Source: an uncultured Thermoplasmata archaeon (lineage in GTDB: Archaea > Thermoplasmatota > Thermoplasmata > Lutacidiplasmatales > UBA184). Taken from it: a DNA stretch of 64,000 nt. Below, in pieces: positions 43,995-52,740 of this stretch. The notes below the pieces were generated by a model that saw nothing but the letters and a program-made list of their open reading frames with translations, did not search any database and was not told the DNA's origin. A program made the position numbers and the translations under genes. Where the stretch lies: NCBI GenBank assembly GCA_963804525.1, contig CAWDQO010000003.1, positions 16,687 to 80,686 on the forward strand. Reading direction: 5' to 3'. Positions within the stretch are counted from its first letter, which is position 1, and each line of letters starts with the position of its first letter.

Positions 43995-44107
43995 GGCATT
44001 GGAATGCCTCCCCCGCCCACGGGCGGGGAAAACACGACCCCCGCCGAGCTCCGGGTAAGCCCGGCGGGGGCCAAAGACATCGTGATGGTTAGAGGCCAAC
44101 CAGCATT

Positions 44108-44323
44108 CTATTCGCTCCGAGCGGAATCCCGGGAGGAGGCGAGGGCGCCGCTGCGCTTCCAGCCGGCGTCGACAGGCGCCAGCCACGAGGGCCAGCGGTA
44201 GATCGCGAAGACCGGGACTGTCGGCTCGCCCTCCGCCAGGGGATAGCCCCCCTGGTGGAGGGCGGGCGCCCGCCGAACACGCGGCAGGCTGGTAACCCCG
44301 GGCCCTTCTGGGAGTAGCATCAT
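44108..44323 (-). CDS. Hypothetical 71-aa protein, translationally coupled to the upstream ORF
   Basis: Its ATG overlaps the stop of ORF 44320..44670 (ATGA). I recognise no family. Confidence 0.4.
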   Translation of the reverse strand: MMLLPEGPGVTSLPRVRRAPALHQGGYPLAEGEPTVPVFAIYRWPSWLAPVDAGWKRSGALASSRDSARSE

Positions 44324-44670
44324 AGGAACTCCTCCGACTGGGTCGGCATGACCCAGGGGATCGAGAGGCCCGACCGTCGCGCGTTGAGCACGGGGCTCGC
44401 GGCGACCGTCCCCGCGGGAATCGGGAACGCATAGTCGGGCTCCTCGGCGGGGAGCTCCTCGTCATCGGCAAGTCCGCCGGCCTCGGGTTCACCGAGGCCG
44501 GCCATCATCGGGAAGGCACCGAGGACCGCAGGGCACTCCTCGGAGGGCTGGGCGCGGAAGCGGAAGAGGCGATCCTCGTGGACGCGGCCGCACGCCGGGC
44601 AGACATCGGTCTGCATCAGCATGGTGCCGATCCCCGAAAGGTAAGCACCGCTTGCCGCCGTCCGCGCCAT
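44320..44670 (-). CDS. Hypothetical 116-aa acidic protein with one CPACG knuckle
   Basis: It begins MARTAASGAYLSGIGTMLMQTDVCPACGRVHEDRLFRFRAQPSEECP. TTTAAATAG lies about 30 nt upstream. Confidence 0.5.
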   Translation of the reverse strand: MARTAASGAYLSGIGTMLMQTDVCPACGRVHEDRLFRFRAQPSEECPAVLGAFPMMAGLGEPEAGGLADDEELPAEEPDYAFPIPAGTVAASPVLNARRSGLSIPWVMPTQSEEFL

Positions 44671-44694
44671 AGCAAGGAGAGTGGGGCGTTTTTG

Positions 44695-44740
44695 ACTATT
44701 TAAATCGAAAGCGATATTTTGTACAAATTAACGATAAGTA
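44695..44740. promoter_or_regulatory. AT-rich divergent promoter region
   Basis: The sequence is TTTTGACTATTTAAATCGAAAGCGATATTTTGTACAAATTAACGATAAGT. TATA-like elements lie about 30 nt from ATG 44670 (minus strand) and about 30-40 nt from GTG 44767 (plus strand). Confidence 0.55.
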
Positions 44741-44766
44741 GTCGGGGGCCCCTACTAGGACCAGCC

Positions 44767-47190
44767 GTGCCCGTCCAGACCCAGCTGCCGACGGAGATCC
44801 TCGACTACGTCGAGACCCACGCCCCCCCTCCGGACAGCGCCTTCGGGATCAGCCAGCGGGAGCTGGCGAAGTCGCTCGGGTACCACCCCTGCTCGATGTC
44901 CCGTCCCCTCTCCGAGCTCGTCCAGGACGGGTTCCTCCACCGCCGACGGGGCCACGTCCGGGGCGGGGAACGCCGCCAGCTCGTCTATGGCCTCACGGAG
45001 AAGGGACGGGACCACCTGAAGGAGCAGACCCGGGACGTCCCGGTCCTCTCCGGGGAGCTTCCGGCCCCCCCCAACCCGTTCGTGGGGCGGAAACCGGAGC
45101 TGAAGGAGCTCTGGAACTACTCGCGGGAGGGCGGGTCGGTCGTCTTCGTCCAGGGCGGGAGCGGGATGGGCAAGACCGCCCTCGTCAGCCGGCACGTCCG
45201 CCGGTTCCGGGGGTGGGTCCCGTTCTGGTTCACGATCCGGGTCGGGAGCTCGGTCCGGCAGTTCACCTCGGCCCTCTCCCACGCCCTCTCGGTCCTGGGG
45301 GCCCCCCAGCTCGCGTACTACTCGCAGCTTCCTCGCCAGCCGGTCGGCCGCGAGGTCGCCGACCTCGTCCAACGGGCGCTCGGCGACCGACCTCTTCTCA
45401 CGGTCATCGACGACCTGCAGAACGCCGACCCGGACTTCCGGGCGTTCGTGAAGGACCTGGTGCAGAGCCTCGCCCCCGAGCGGCGCCACCTGTTCGTGCT
45501 CCTCGGGCATGACGGCCCGTTCTTCCAACCGGAGAAGATCGCGACCCACCACTTCGTGCTCGGCGGCCTCGACCGGCCGGCTGCGCACGAGCTGACCGAC
45601 CGGCAAGGGGGACTCGCCGACCGGTTCGAGTCGATCTACCAGGCGACCCTCGGGAGTCCGCTCCTCCTGCAACTCGCCGTCACCAACCCGGGGCTCGACG
45701 CGGCCCCGAGTGCCTTGCCGGCCGCCGTGGTCGACCGGCTCCCGATCGAGGACGCGATCGGCCTCCTCCCCGTCGCGCTGGCGCACGAGCCGCTTCCGGT
45801 GGCGTTCCTCCGCGAAACGAGTGGGCTCGAGCCGCCGCGCCTCGACGAGCTCCGGCGGATGGGTCTTCTCCAGTCAACGGTGGAGGGGCACGTCGAGCTC
45901 CTCCAGGCCGTCCGCGCGGCGCTGATCAGCCGGCTCGGTCCGATCGAGGAACGGGAGGCCCACCTCCGCCTCGCCGCGTTCTACGGCCGGAGCCACCGCC
46001 CCGAGGCGATCCGGGAACGGTTCCTCCACCTCACCTCGGGCGAGCACTGGAACGACGCGGTGCTCGTCCTGACCCGCCACGAGCGGGCGATCCTGTCCCT
46101 CGGCTACACCGACGCCTTCCGGAGCGCGTTGAACCACATGACGCTCGCGATGCCCGCCGGGATCCACCGCGTGCGCGCGCTCCGGATGGAGGCGATGGTC
46201 CTCCGCTCCCACTCGGAGTATCCCGAGGCGATCCTCGCGTTCCGCCGGGCGATCCTGGAGGCCGCCGGGGATGGCCGGATCGAGGCCGAGTGCCTGCACC
46301 AGATCGTCGACCTGTACGTCCGGCTCCATCAGGTCGAAGAGGCCGAACGTGCGATCGTCGAGGCCCGGGGGCGGGGAACCTCGACGAAGCGACAGCAGGC
46401 GATGCTCCTCCTCTCCGAGTCGCGAATCGTCGAGGCCCGGGGCGACATGTTCCGGGCCAAGGGGATGTACCAGGAGACGTTCGATTTCGCCCGTCGGTCC
46501 CGGCTCCCGGACCTCGAGCTCGAATCGGTCGCGGCCTGGTCCCGCCTCGCGGCGATCGGGGGCGACCACGAGGCCGCCCTCCGCGTCGTGTCGCAGGGGC
46601 TCTCGGAGGCCCGCCAGTCGGGACGGATCGACATCGTCCTCCGCCTCCTGCTCGTCCGCGCCCGAAGCTACGTCGAGACGGGCCGGCGCGAATTGGCCGA
46701 GCAGGAGATGCAGGCGATCCGGGTCGAGGCAGAGTCGCTGGGGTACCTGGGCCAGCTCGCGTACACCCTGAGCGGCCTGGCGGCGATGGCGACCGAGGCC
46801 GGACGGTGGGCCGAGGCGGTCAGCTACGGCCGGCAGGCGAGCAGCCTCGCCGAACGGCTGGGGAACGACCTCGTCCTCGGCCATACGCTCGGACTGATGG
46901 CCTCCGGGGAGACCCGCCAAGGTCTGTTCAAGGAGGCGGTCCAGCACGCGGAGCGGAGCGTGACCGTCCTCCGGCGGCTTCCGCCGTCCGATTCGCTCGC
47001 GCTCGCCGTCGCCTACCTGGCCGAGGCGTACCTGGCGAGCGGCGAGCTCGCTCTCGGGAAGCGGAACTTCGACGAGGCGCTCCGGATCGCGGAGAGCCTC
47101 GGCATGACGCAGTGGAAGGAGAGCATCCAGCGCGAGTTGAGCGCGATGATCGCCGAGGGAGAAAAGAAGGCACGGGAACAGGGGACCTGA
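44767..47190 (+). CDS. wHTH, AAA/STAND-type ATPase and TPR-like repeats (MalT/AfsR-style regulator architecture)
   Basis: I prefer the GTG at codon 17 of ORF 44719..47190. The wHTH is ISQRELAKSLGYHPCSMSRPLSELVQDGFLHRRR...RQLVYGLTEKG. Walker A is VQGGSGMGKTAL and Walker B is LLTVIDDLQ. The C-terminal ~400 aa form an alpha-helical repeat region. Confidence 0.8.
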   Translation: MPVQTQLPTEILDYVETHAPPPDSAFGISQRELAKSLGYHPCSMSRPLSELVQDGFLHRRRGHVRGGERRQLVYGLTEKGRDHLKEQTRDVPVLSGELPAPPNPFVGRKPELKELWNYSREGGSVVFVQGGSGMGKTALVSRHVRRFRGWVPFWFTIRVGSSVRQFTSALSHALSVLGAPQLAYYSQLPRQPVGREVADLVQRALGDRPLLTVIDDLQNADPDFRAFVKDLVQSLAPERRHLFVLLGHDGPFFQPEKIATHHFVLGGLDRPAAHELTDRQGGLADRFESIYQATLGSPLLLQLAVTNPGLDAAPSALPAAVVDRLPIEDAIGLLPVALAHEPLPVAFLRETSGLEPPRLDELRRMGLLQSTVEGHVELLQAVRAALISRLGPIEEREAHLRLAAFYGRSHRPEAIRERFLHLTSGEHWNDAVLVLTRHERAILSLGYTDAFRSALNHMTLAMPAGIHRVRALRMEAMVLRSHSEYPEAILAFRRAILEAAGDGRIEAECLHQIVDLYVRLHQVEEAERAIVEARGRGTSTKRQQAMLLLSESRIVEARGDMFRAKGMYQETFDFARRSRLPDLELESVAAWSRLAAIGGDHEAALRVVSQGLSEARQSGRIDIVLRLLLVRARSYVETGRRELAEQEMQAIRVEAESLGYLGQLAYTLSGLAAMATEAGRWAEAVSYGRQASSLAERLGNDLVLGHTLGLMASGETRQGLFKEAVQHAERSVTVLRRLPPSDSLALAVAYLAEAYLASGELALGKRNFDEALRIAESLGMTQWKESIQRELSAMIAEGEKKAREQGT

Positions 47191-47548
47191 GGGCGGCGGA
47201 GGTCGCCACCGACACCGGGGCCCCCGAGGGGACCCTGAGACCGGCGGCGAGAGGGTACGCCACCCTCAGGTCGTCGGCCGGGTTACAGCTGCTCGGTCGG
47301 GACTGGGGGGAGTGCCGGAAGATACATTGGATTTGCCCACCTCCGGGCCACCCCGCGGAAACGCGGTAGATAAACATTGTGGGAATTGGTCGAGGACAGT
47401 GCGCAGTTATACGCCACGCATTCGTGAGGGTAAATGCGCACCCAGATAAGAATCCTAAGAAGCCCCGATGCGCGCTGTATTCCGTCTCACCGGCGCGGGG
47501 TTCGGTGCGCCGGACGGAGCCGTTCGGTCCCTCGCTCCGCCGCCGCGC

Positions 47549-48205
47549 TCACGTTCGCACGATCCGTCGGAAGAGGTTTTGCTTCCGCATCCGGTGGATC
47601 TCCCGGACGTCGTCGACGTCGTATCGGGTCTGGAGCCACGGGTCCGCGACGTTGGAGTACCCCCGCACTTCCCAGAACCCAGGAGCGTCCTCGGCGACGA
47701 AATCGAGCCCCCGCACCCACTTCGCGCTCTTGTAGAAGTACCGTCGCGGGACGAGCATCCGTACGGGACCGCCGTGCTCGGCCGGGAGCGGGAGACCGTC
47801 GTACGTGTGGGCGAGCAGGACGTCGTCGTCGAGCAGCGCGGCGAGCGGGAGGGAGGTCGTGAACCCTTCCTCACATTCCATGACCACGAACCGGACCGTG
47901 GGGTCGGGGCGGACGAGGTCGACGACCGCCCGGAACGGTACCCCCGCCCATAGGGTGCCCAGCTTGGTCCAGCTCGTCACGCAATGGATGTCGACGACCT
48001 GTTGGTTCTGCGGGAGCGCGAGGAGCCCGGCGAAGTCGAGCGTCTGCGGGTGGTCGACCCGGCCGTGGAGCCGGACCGTCCAGTTCGCCCGGGTCAGCTC
48101 GGAGGGGACCGACCCGGCGTGCAGGACGGGAAACCCGTTCGTGACGACCTGACCGGGCGGGACCCGGACCCGCGCCGCGGGGTCGCCCTCCGCGTCGGGC
48201 GACAT
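47549..48205 (-). CDS. Molybdopterin-binding oxidoreductase (sulfite oxidase / YedY-like catalytic domain)
   Basis: This is the last 218 codons of ORF 47549..49576. Motifs are IHCVTSWTKLGTLWAGVPF, HGGPVRMLVP, YFYKSAKWVRGL and PGFWEVRGY. Confidence 0.82.
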   Translation of the reverse strand: MSPDAEGDPAARVRVPPGQVVTNGFPVLHAGSVPSELTRANWTVRLHGRVDHPQTLDFAGLLALPQNQQVVDIHCVTSWTKLGTLWAGVPFRAVVDLVRPDPTVRFVVMECEEGFTTSLPLAALLDDDVLLAHTYDGLPLPAEHGGPVRMLVPRRYFYKSAKWVRGLDFVAEDAPGFWEVRGYSNVADPWLQTRYDVDDVREIHRMRKQNLFRRIVRT

Positions 48206-48219
48206 CGGGGTCGGCCCCG

Positions 48220-49320
48220 CTAGCGGGCGCCCGGCCGCTCGACCTTCACATCGACCTCGTCGCCCGTCCAGTCGAAGCGGAGCCGGGAGCGGGGCTGCCA
48301 GACCTTCCGGCGGTCCCAGAGGGCGCCCACGAGGAGCGGGAGTCCGATCGAGGCGTCGAGGTGCGCCATCGACCGTGTGGCGGTCTTGGAGATCTTTCCC
48401 CACGATTGCGCCTCGTCGAGGGTCGACCCGGAAAGACCCCCCCAGTGCGGGACGTCGGTCGTGATCTGGAGCGCATAGAAGTGCCCCTCCCCTTCGCGGC
48501 CGAAGGCGTAGTTCGCCATGACGATTCCGTCGTTGATCCAATTCTTCGGCGTTCCGCCCCCGATGTAGACGACGGCCGTCCTGGGCGAGTGGGCGAGGAT
48601 CTGGACGAGCTCGTAGTTGTCCCGGACCGCGTCGAGGAGGAACCGGGGTTTGCCGCGGTGCTTCTGGTAGTGGAGCGTGAGGCCGATCCCGATCGAGCTG
48701 TCGATGAGCGCGGGGGAGAACACGGGGACTCCGCGGCGGGCGGCGGTGGCGACGATCGAATCGGGGTTGTCGAACCGCTCGCCGAGGAACCGGAGGTACT
48801 CCCGGGACGACGCCGGGCGGGCCGGGAACTCCTCGGTCACCGCGCCGATCGCCCGGTCGGTGTCCTCGAACTTCAGTTCGTCGACGTACGTGTCGTAGAT
48901 CCGGTCGAGGTAGAGCTCGCGGAGCTGGACGTCGTCGGCGGTCGGGGTCCCGACCCAATGCTTCCCGCCGATCGTCTGGTAGATGTCCTGGTAGAGGACG
49001 GCGCCGGTGGAGACGACGACGTCGACGAGACCCCAGTCGATGGCGTCGCGGATCACCTTCCGGAGTCCCGCGGCGATCAGCGGACCGGAGAGCCCCAGGA
49101 AGATGGTGGGCCGCTTCCGGTCGGTGAGGGCGTTCTCCCAGACCTCGAGCGCCCGGCCGAGGTTGCGCGCCTGGATGGAGGTTCCCTGGAACTGGCGCAG
49201 AAGCGCCCCAAGGCCGTCGACCTCGGTGACGTCGACCGGCACGACGCTCTTCTTCAGGATCGCCCGGCGCGCGGCGTCGATCTTCTTCGACACGGCCCCG
49301 CGCAACGAGGGGCCGTTCAT
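48220..49320 (-). CDS. dys: Deoxyhypusine synthase
   Basis: Motifs are LGLSGPLIAAGLR, VVVSTGA, IGGGTPKNW and TLDEAQSWGKI. Confidence 0.92.
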   Translation of the reverse strand: MNGPSLRGAVSKKIDAARRAILKKSVVPVDVTEVDGLGALLRQFQGTSIQARNLGRALEVWENALTDRKRPTIFLGLSGPLIAAGLRKVIRDAIDWGLVDVVVSTGAVLYQDIYQTIGGKHWVGTPTADDVQLRELYLDRIYDTYVDELKFEDTDRAIGAVTEEFPARPASSREYLRFLGERFDNPDSIVATAARRGVPVFSPALIDSSIGIGLTLHYQKHRGKPRFLLDAVRDNYELVQILAHSPRTAVVYIGGGTPKNWINDGIVMANYAFGREGEGHFYALQITTDVPHWGGLSGSTLDEAQSWGKISKTATRSMAHLDASIGLPLLVGALWDRRKVWQPRSRLRFDWTGDEVDVKVERPGAR

Positions 49321-49388
49321 AACCCGGTCGGCACCCGGGGTCCCGACGCAGGGAAGTAGGAGAGCGATGCTGTTCCTTTGCGTTCCCG

Positions 49389-51659
49389 ATGCCGCTCACC
49401 CCCGCTCCGGTGGCCCGCTCCCTCAGCGGGCTCGCGGACGGAAGCGGCCGGACCCTCGTCGTCACCGGTCCGCCGCTCTCCGGGAAGAGCGACCTGTTGG
49501 CGACACTGAAAGCCGAGCTCACCAGCCACCCGGTCCGGCTGATCGAGCTCCGGGGGACGTACCGGGACCGGACCACGCCGTACGCGACGTTCGCCGCGGC
49601 CGACGCCCGGTCCGACGGGAGCGCCGACCCGGACCCCGCGATCGGCCCGTTCGCCGACCCCGAGCCCGAGATCGCTCCCGAGGTCGAGTCCGAGCTCCCC
49701 TCCTCGCCGTTCGCCTTCGCTCCGGTCGACGACGCCCCGCGGAGTCGACGGCGTCCCGAGCGGGCCCGCTCGGTGTTCTTCGGGCCGTCCCGGCCGCGGG
49801 GCGAGGCGATGGTCGACTCCCGCGAATATTACCGGGGACTCGTCGAGGGGTTCCGCGCCGAGCCCGGAAAGTCCGCCGCGATCCTCGTGGAGGACGCGAC
49901 GCTGGTCGACGCCGAGAGCCGGGATGTCCTCCTCTACGTCAGCGAGCGGACCCGGTGGCGCCCCCTGCTCGTCGTGCTGATCCTGGACACCTCGCTCCCC
50001 GCGTTCTCCGCCTGGGAAGAACGGCTCGTAGGACGCGGCGATGTCGATTGGCTCCGGATCCCGCAGGCGAAGCCCGACCCGCGGGAGGCCCACCGCCTCG
50101 GCGAGAACTTCGAGGCGATCCCCGACGCGACCCGGAGGGTCCTCGTGTTCCTCGCCCTCATGGGCGGCACGGTCAGCGAGGTCAGCCTCGGCCGGGCGAC
50201 CCGCCTCAATTTCCGCGCCCTCGCCGAGACGCTCGCCCCGGCGGTCGAGGCCAACCTCGTCCGCGTCGCCGACGGGCGCGTGACGATCCCGCATGCGGCG
50301 TGGGTCGGGCTCATCCCCGACCTCGTCCCGGAAGCGGTGCGGCGGGACATGGAGCGCGAGATCGGCGACGCGCTCGCCGCGCTCAACCCGGAGCCCGACC
50401 TCAAGCGCCGCATCGAGCTCGCCAACCACTACTACGCGGCGGCCCCCGACCCGACCGCCCTCCGGTACCTCCTCGAGACCGCGGAGATCAGCGAGCGGCT
50501 CGCCGCCTACGACGCGAGCGAGGAGACCGTCGCCAAGGCGCTCACCTGCCTCCCGTCCCTCCCCGCCGCCGACCGGCCGGAGGCGGAGGTCGAGCTCGAG
50601 CTCTTCCACGCCCGGACGCTCGTGTTCACCGGCCGGGTCACGGCGGCCGAGCAGGCGCTCCAGGAAGGGATCTCGACCGCGCTGAACGAGAACGTGCCGC
50701 CGGAGCGGCTCGAGGAGGGGGTCGAACTTCTCCTCCCGGCCCTCCGGGCCGCAGGACCCCGGCCGTCGCTCGTGCTGGAACTGACCGAGCTCGCCGACCG
50801 GTGCCATAGCTCCGGAGCGATCGCGGCCGAAGTGCTGCTCCAGATCGCCCTCAGCGAGTTCGCCTTCGACCGGGAGCAGCGCGACCGGGCCCGGGTCGAG
50901 GCCGAACGGGCGCTCAAGATGGCCCGGACCCTCGGGCCCGGACCGGTGCAGGGGCTCGCCCTCCTCTCGATGGGGACGATCCTCGCGGAAGGGACGGCGC
51001 CCGAACGGGCGCTCGGCCAGCGGTTCTTCGCGAGCGCCCGGAGCATGCTCGCGGCCTCCCGGCGCTACGGTCTCGAGCAGATCGCCGAGGAGCTCCGGCT
51101 GAGGATCCTCGAGCATCGCCGGGACCCGAAGGAGGCGATCGCCGGCCACGAACGGGCGATCCCGGTCTCCCAGCGGCTCCGGGCCGGGATGGTCGAGCTC
51201 TACCACCATATCGACGTCGCGACGCTCCTGTTCGACGGACCGGAGAGCGGCTACGCGAAGGCCACGAAGTCCGTGCACCGGGCCCGCGAGCTGACCGAGA
51301 CCCTCCACCTCCTCCCCCCGTCCTCCGCGTACCTTCGGGAGTGGGTCCTCGAGGGCCGGCTCGCCGCCGCCGACGAACGGCTCGACGTCGCCCGGGACCG
51401 CTGGACCGCGATCCTCGACCGGCCCGGGCCCGTCCTCTATCCCAGGATCCGGGCCGAGGCGGCGGTCCGGCTCGCGATCCTCGAGTTCGCGGACCACCGA
51501 CCGAACGAGGCGCGGGCGTACCTGGAGCGGCTGCGCGCCGACGACATCGAAAAGGCGGTCCCGAAAGGCTGGGTCATCGGCCCGGACACCCTCGCCCAGC
51601 AGGCGGACGGGCTCCGGCACGGGGCGGCCCAGCTGCCGTCGACGAAGGCGGGGCGCTAG
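49389..51659 (+). CDS. P-loop NTPase (AAA_16/STAND-like) with a long helical-repeat C-terminus and no DNA-binding domain
   Basis: Walker A is VTGPPLSGKSDL and the Walker B-like motif is AAILVEDATLVD. An acidic low-complexity insert of about 100 aa lies between them. The C-terminus is helical and TPR-like. Confidence 0.72.
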   Translation: MPLTPAPVARSLSGLADGSGRTLVVTGPPLSGKSDLLATLKAELTSHPVRLIELRGTYRDRTTPYATFAAADARSDGSADPDPAIGPFADPEPEIAPEVESELPSSPFAFAPVDDAPRSRRRPERARSVFFGPSRPRGEAMVDSREYYRGLVEGFRAEPGKSAAILVEDATLVDAESRDVLLYVSERTRWRPLLVVLILDTSLPAFSAWEERLVGRGDVDWLRIPQAKPDPREAHRLGENFEAIPDATRRVLVFLALMGGTVSEVSLGRATRLNFRALAETLAPAVEANLVRVADGRVTIPHAAWVGLIPDLVPEAVRRDMEREIGDALAALNPEPDLKRRIELANHYYAAAPDPTALRYLLETAEISERLAAYDASEETVAKALTCLPSLPAADRPEAEVELELFHARTLVFTGRVTAAEQALQEGISTALNENVPPERLEEGVELLLPALRAAGPRPSLVLELTELADRCHSSGAIAAEVLLQIALSEFAFDREQRDRARVEAERALKMARTLGPGPVQGLALLSMGTILAEGTAPERALGQRFFASARSMLAASRRYGLEQIAEELRLRILEHRRDPKEAIAGHERAIPVSQRLRAGMVELYHHIDVATLLFDGPESGYAKATKSVHRARELTETLHLLPPSSAYLREWVLEGRLAAADERLDVARDRWTAILDRPGPVLYPRIRAEAAVRLAILEFADHRPNEARAYLERLRADDIEKAVPKGWVIGPDTLAQQADGLRHGAAQLPSTKAGR

Positions 51660-52255
51660 CCGAGCGCGGCCGGGAACCACCCCGGCATGAGGGCGAAGAC
51701 GATCGTGACGACCCCGGCCACGGCCAGGATCGCGACCACGACCCGCTCGAGGACCTTCGGCTCGACCCGCGCCCCAAGCCGGGAGCCGATCAGCGAGGCC
51801 GTCGCGGCGACCCCCGCGAGGGCGAGCGCGGCCGCCACGGCGACGAGGACCGGGTTCTGGGTCGTCCCAACGAACAGGATCGTGAAGATCATCGTCGTGT
51901 CGCCGATCTCGAGGAGGAGGATCAGGAGGAACGCGGTCGCGAACGCCGAGCGGCCCTGCGGGGGCCGGCGGTTCGCCTCGGGGACGATGACCAGGTAGGC
52001 GGCGTACCCGAGGAGGAAGAACCCGCCGCCGAGCCGCAGGTAGACCACGTGGCCCCCGAGCGCGGCGAGGAGGGCCGTCCCGATGGCGACGGCGAGGAGC
52101 GTGGTGACGACGAAGGCGCTCGCCGCCCCCGCCCAGGTCGACCGGGGGTCCTGCCGGGCGGCGAGACCGATGAGGGCGAAGTTCGTCCGGTCGAGGAGCT
52201 CGAGGCCCCCGACCACCGCGAAGACGAGGACGAACTCGGCGAGGAGGTCGGCCAC
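51656..52255 (-). CDS. UPF0016 / GDT1 (TMEM165) family cation transporter
   Basis: There are two copies of the E-x-G-D-[KR]-[TS]-like motif: ELLDRTNF and EIGDTTMI. The protein has six TM helices. Confidence 0.82.
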   Translation of the reverse strand: MADLLAEFVLVFAVVGGLELLDRTNFALIGLAARQDPRSTWAGAASAFVVTTLLAVAIGTALLAALGGHVVYLRLGGGFFLLGYAAYLVIVPEANRRPPQGRSAFATAFLLILLLEIGDTTMIFTILFVGTTQNPVLVAVAAALALAGVAATASLIGSRLGARVEPKVLERVVVAILAVAGVVTIVFALMPGWFPAALG

Positions 52256-52273
52256 GGCGGGGCGTCCTCCGGC

Positions 52274-52732
52274 CTAGGCGAGGTGGAGGAGGAAGTCGTC
52301 GACGAGCCGTTCGCAGTACGCGCACCGCAGGACGACCGGCCTTCGTCGGGCGACGTCGAACTCGCTCTCGACCGGCTCCTTCTGGTTCGTGATGCAGCTC
52401 GGGTTCGGGCACCGGACCACGCCGACGATCCGCTCCGGGAGGTCGACGACCCGCTTCTCCCGGACCTTGAAGTCCTGGATGATCGAGATCGTGGCCGTCG
52501 GGGCGATCAGCGCGATCGCGTTGACCTTCCTCGGCGAGAGCTCCATGTTCTCGACCTTGACGATGTCCTTCCAGCCCAGCTTCTGGCTGCGGACGTGAAG
52601 GGCGACCGAGACGGTCGAGTCCTTGTCGAGGTCGTTGACGCCGATGATCCGGAGGACCTCGAGTGAGAGGCCGTTGCCGATGTGGTCGATGACGGTCCCG
52701 TTCTTGATCGGCGTGATCTTCAGTTCCCGCAT
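52274..52732 (-). CDS. pyrI: Aspartate carbamoyltransferase regulatory chain
   Basis: It begins MRELKITPIKNGTVIDHI. The zinc domain is CPNPSCITN...LRCAYCE. Confidence 0.92.
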   Translation of the reverse strand: MRELKITPIKNGTVIDHIGNGLSLEVLRIIGVNDLDKDSTVSVALHVRSQKLGWKDIVKVENMELSPRKVNAIALIAPTATISIIQDFKVREKRVVDLPERIVGVVRCPNPSCITNQKEPVESEFDVARRRPVVLRCAYCERLVDDFLLHLA

Positions 52733-52740
52733 GCGGCCGC

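Noticed and set aside
44719-44766. TTG 44719 as the start of the wHTH-STAND gene.
   Set aside because: It lies inside the AT-rich promoter element itself and adds MYKLTISSRGPLLGPA, encoded by the TATA-like sequence. GTG 44767 leaves the expected ~30-nt TATA-to-start spacing.
47191-47548. Lower-GC convergent spacer with a GNRA hairpin (CCGCG-GAAA-CGCGG, 47353-47366) and repeated TGCGC motifs. I considered it as a C/D-box or other sRNA.
   Set aside because: I found no C box (RUGAUGA) / D box (CUGA) pair and no other recognisable RNA signature. It is most simply a 3' UTR or terminator region for two convergent genes.
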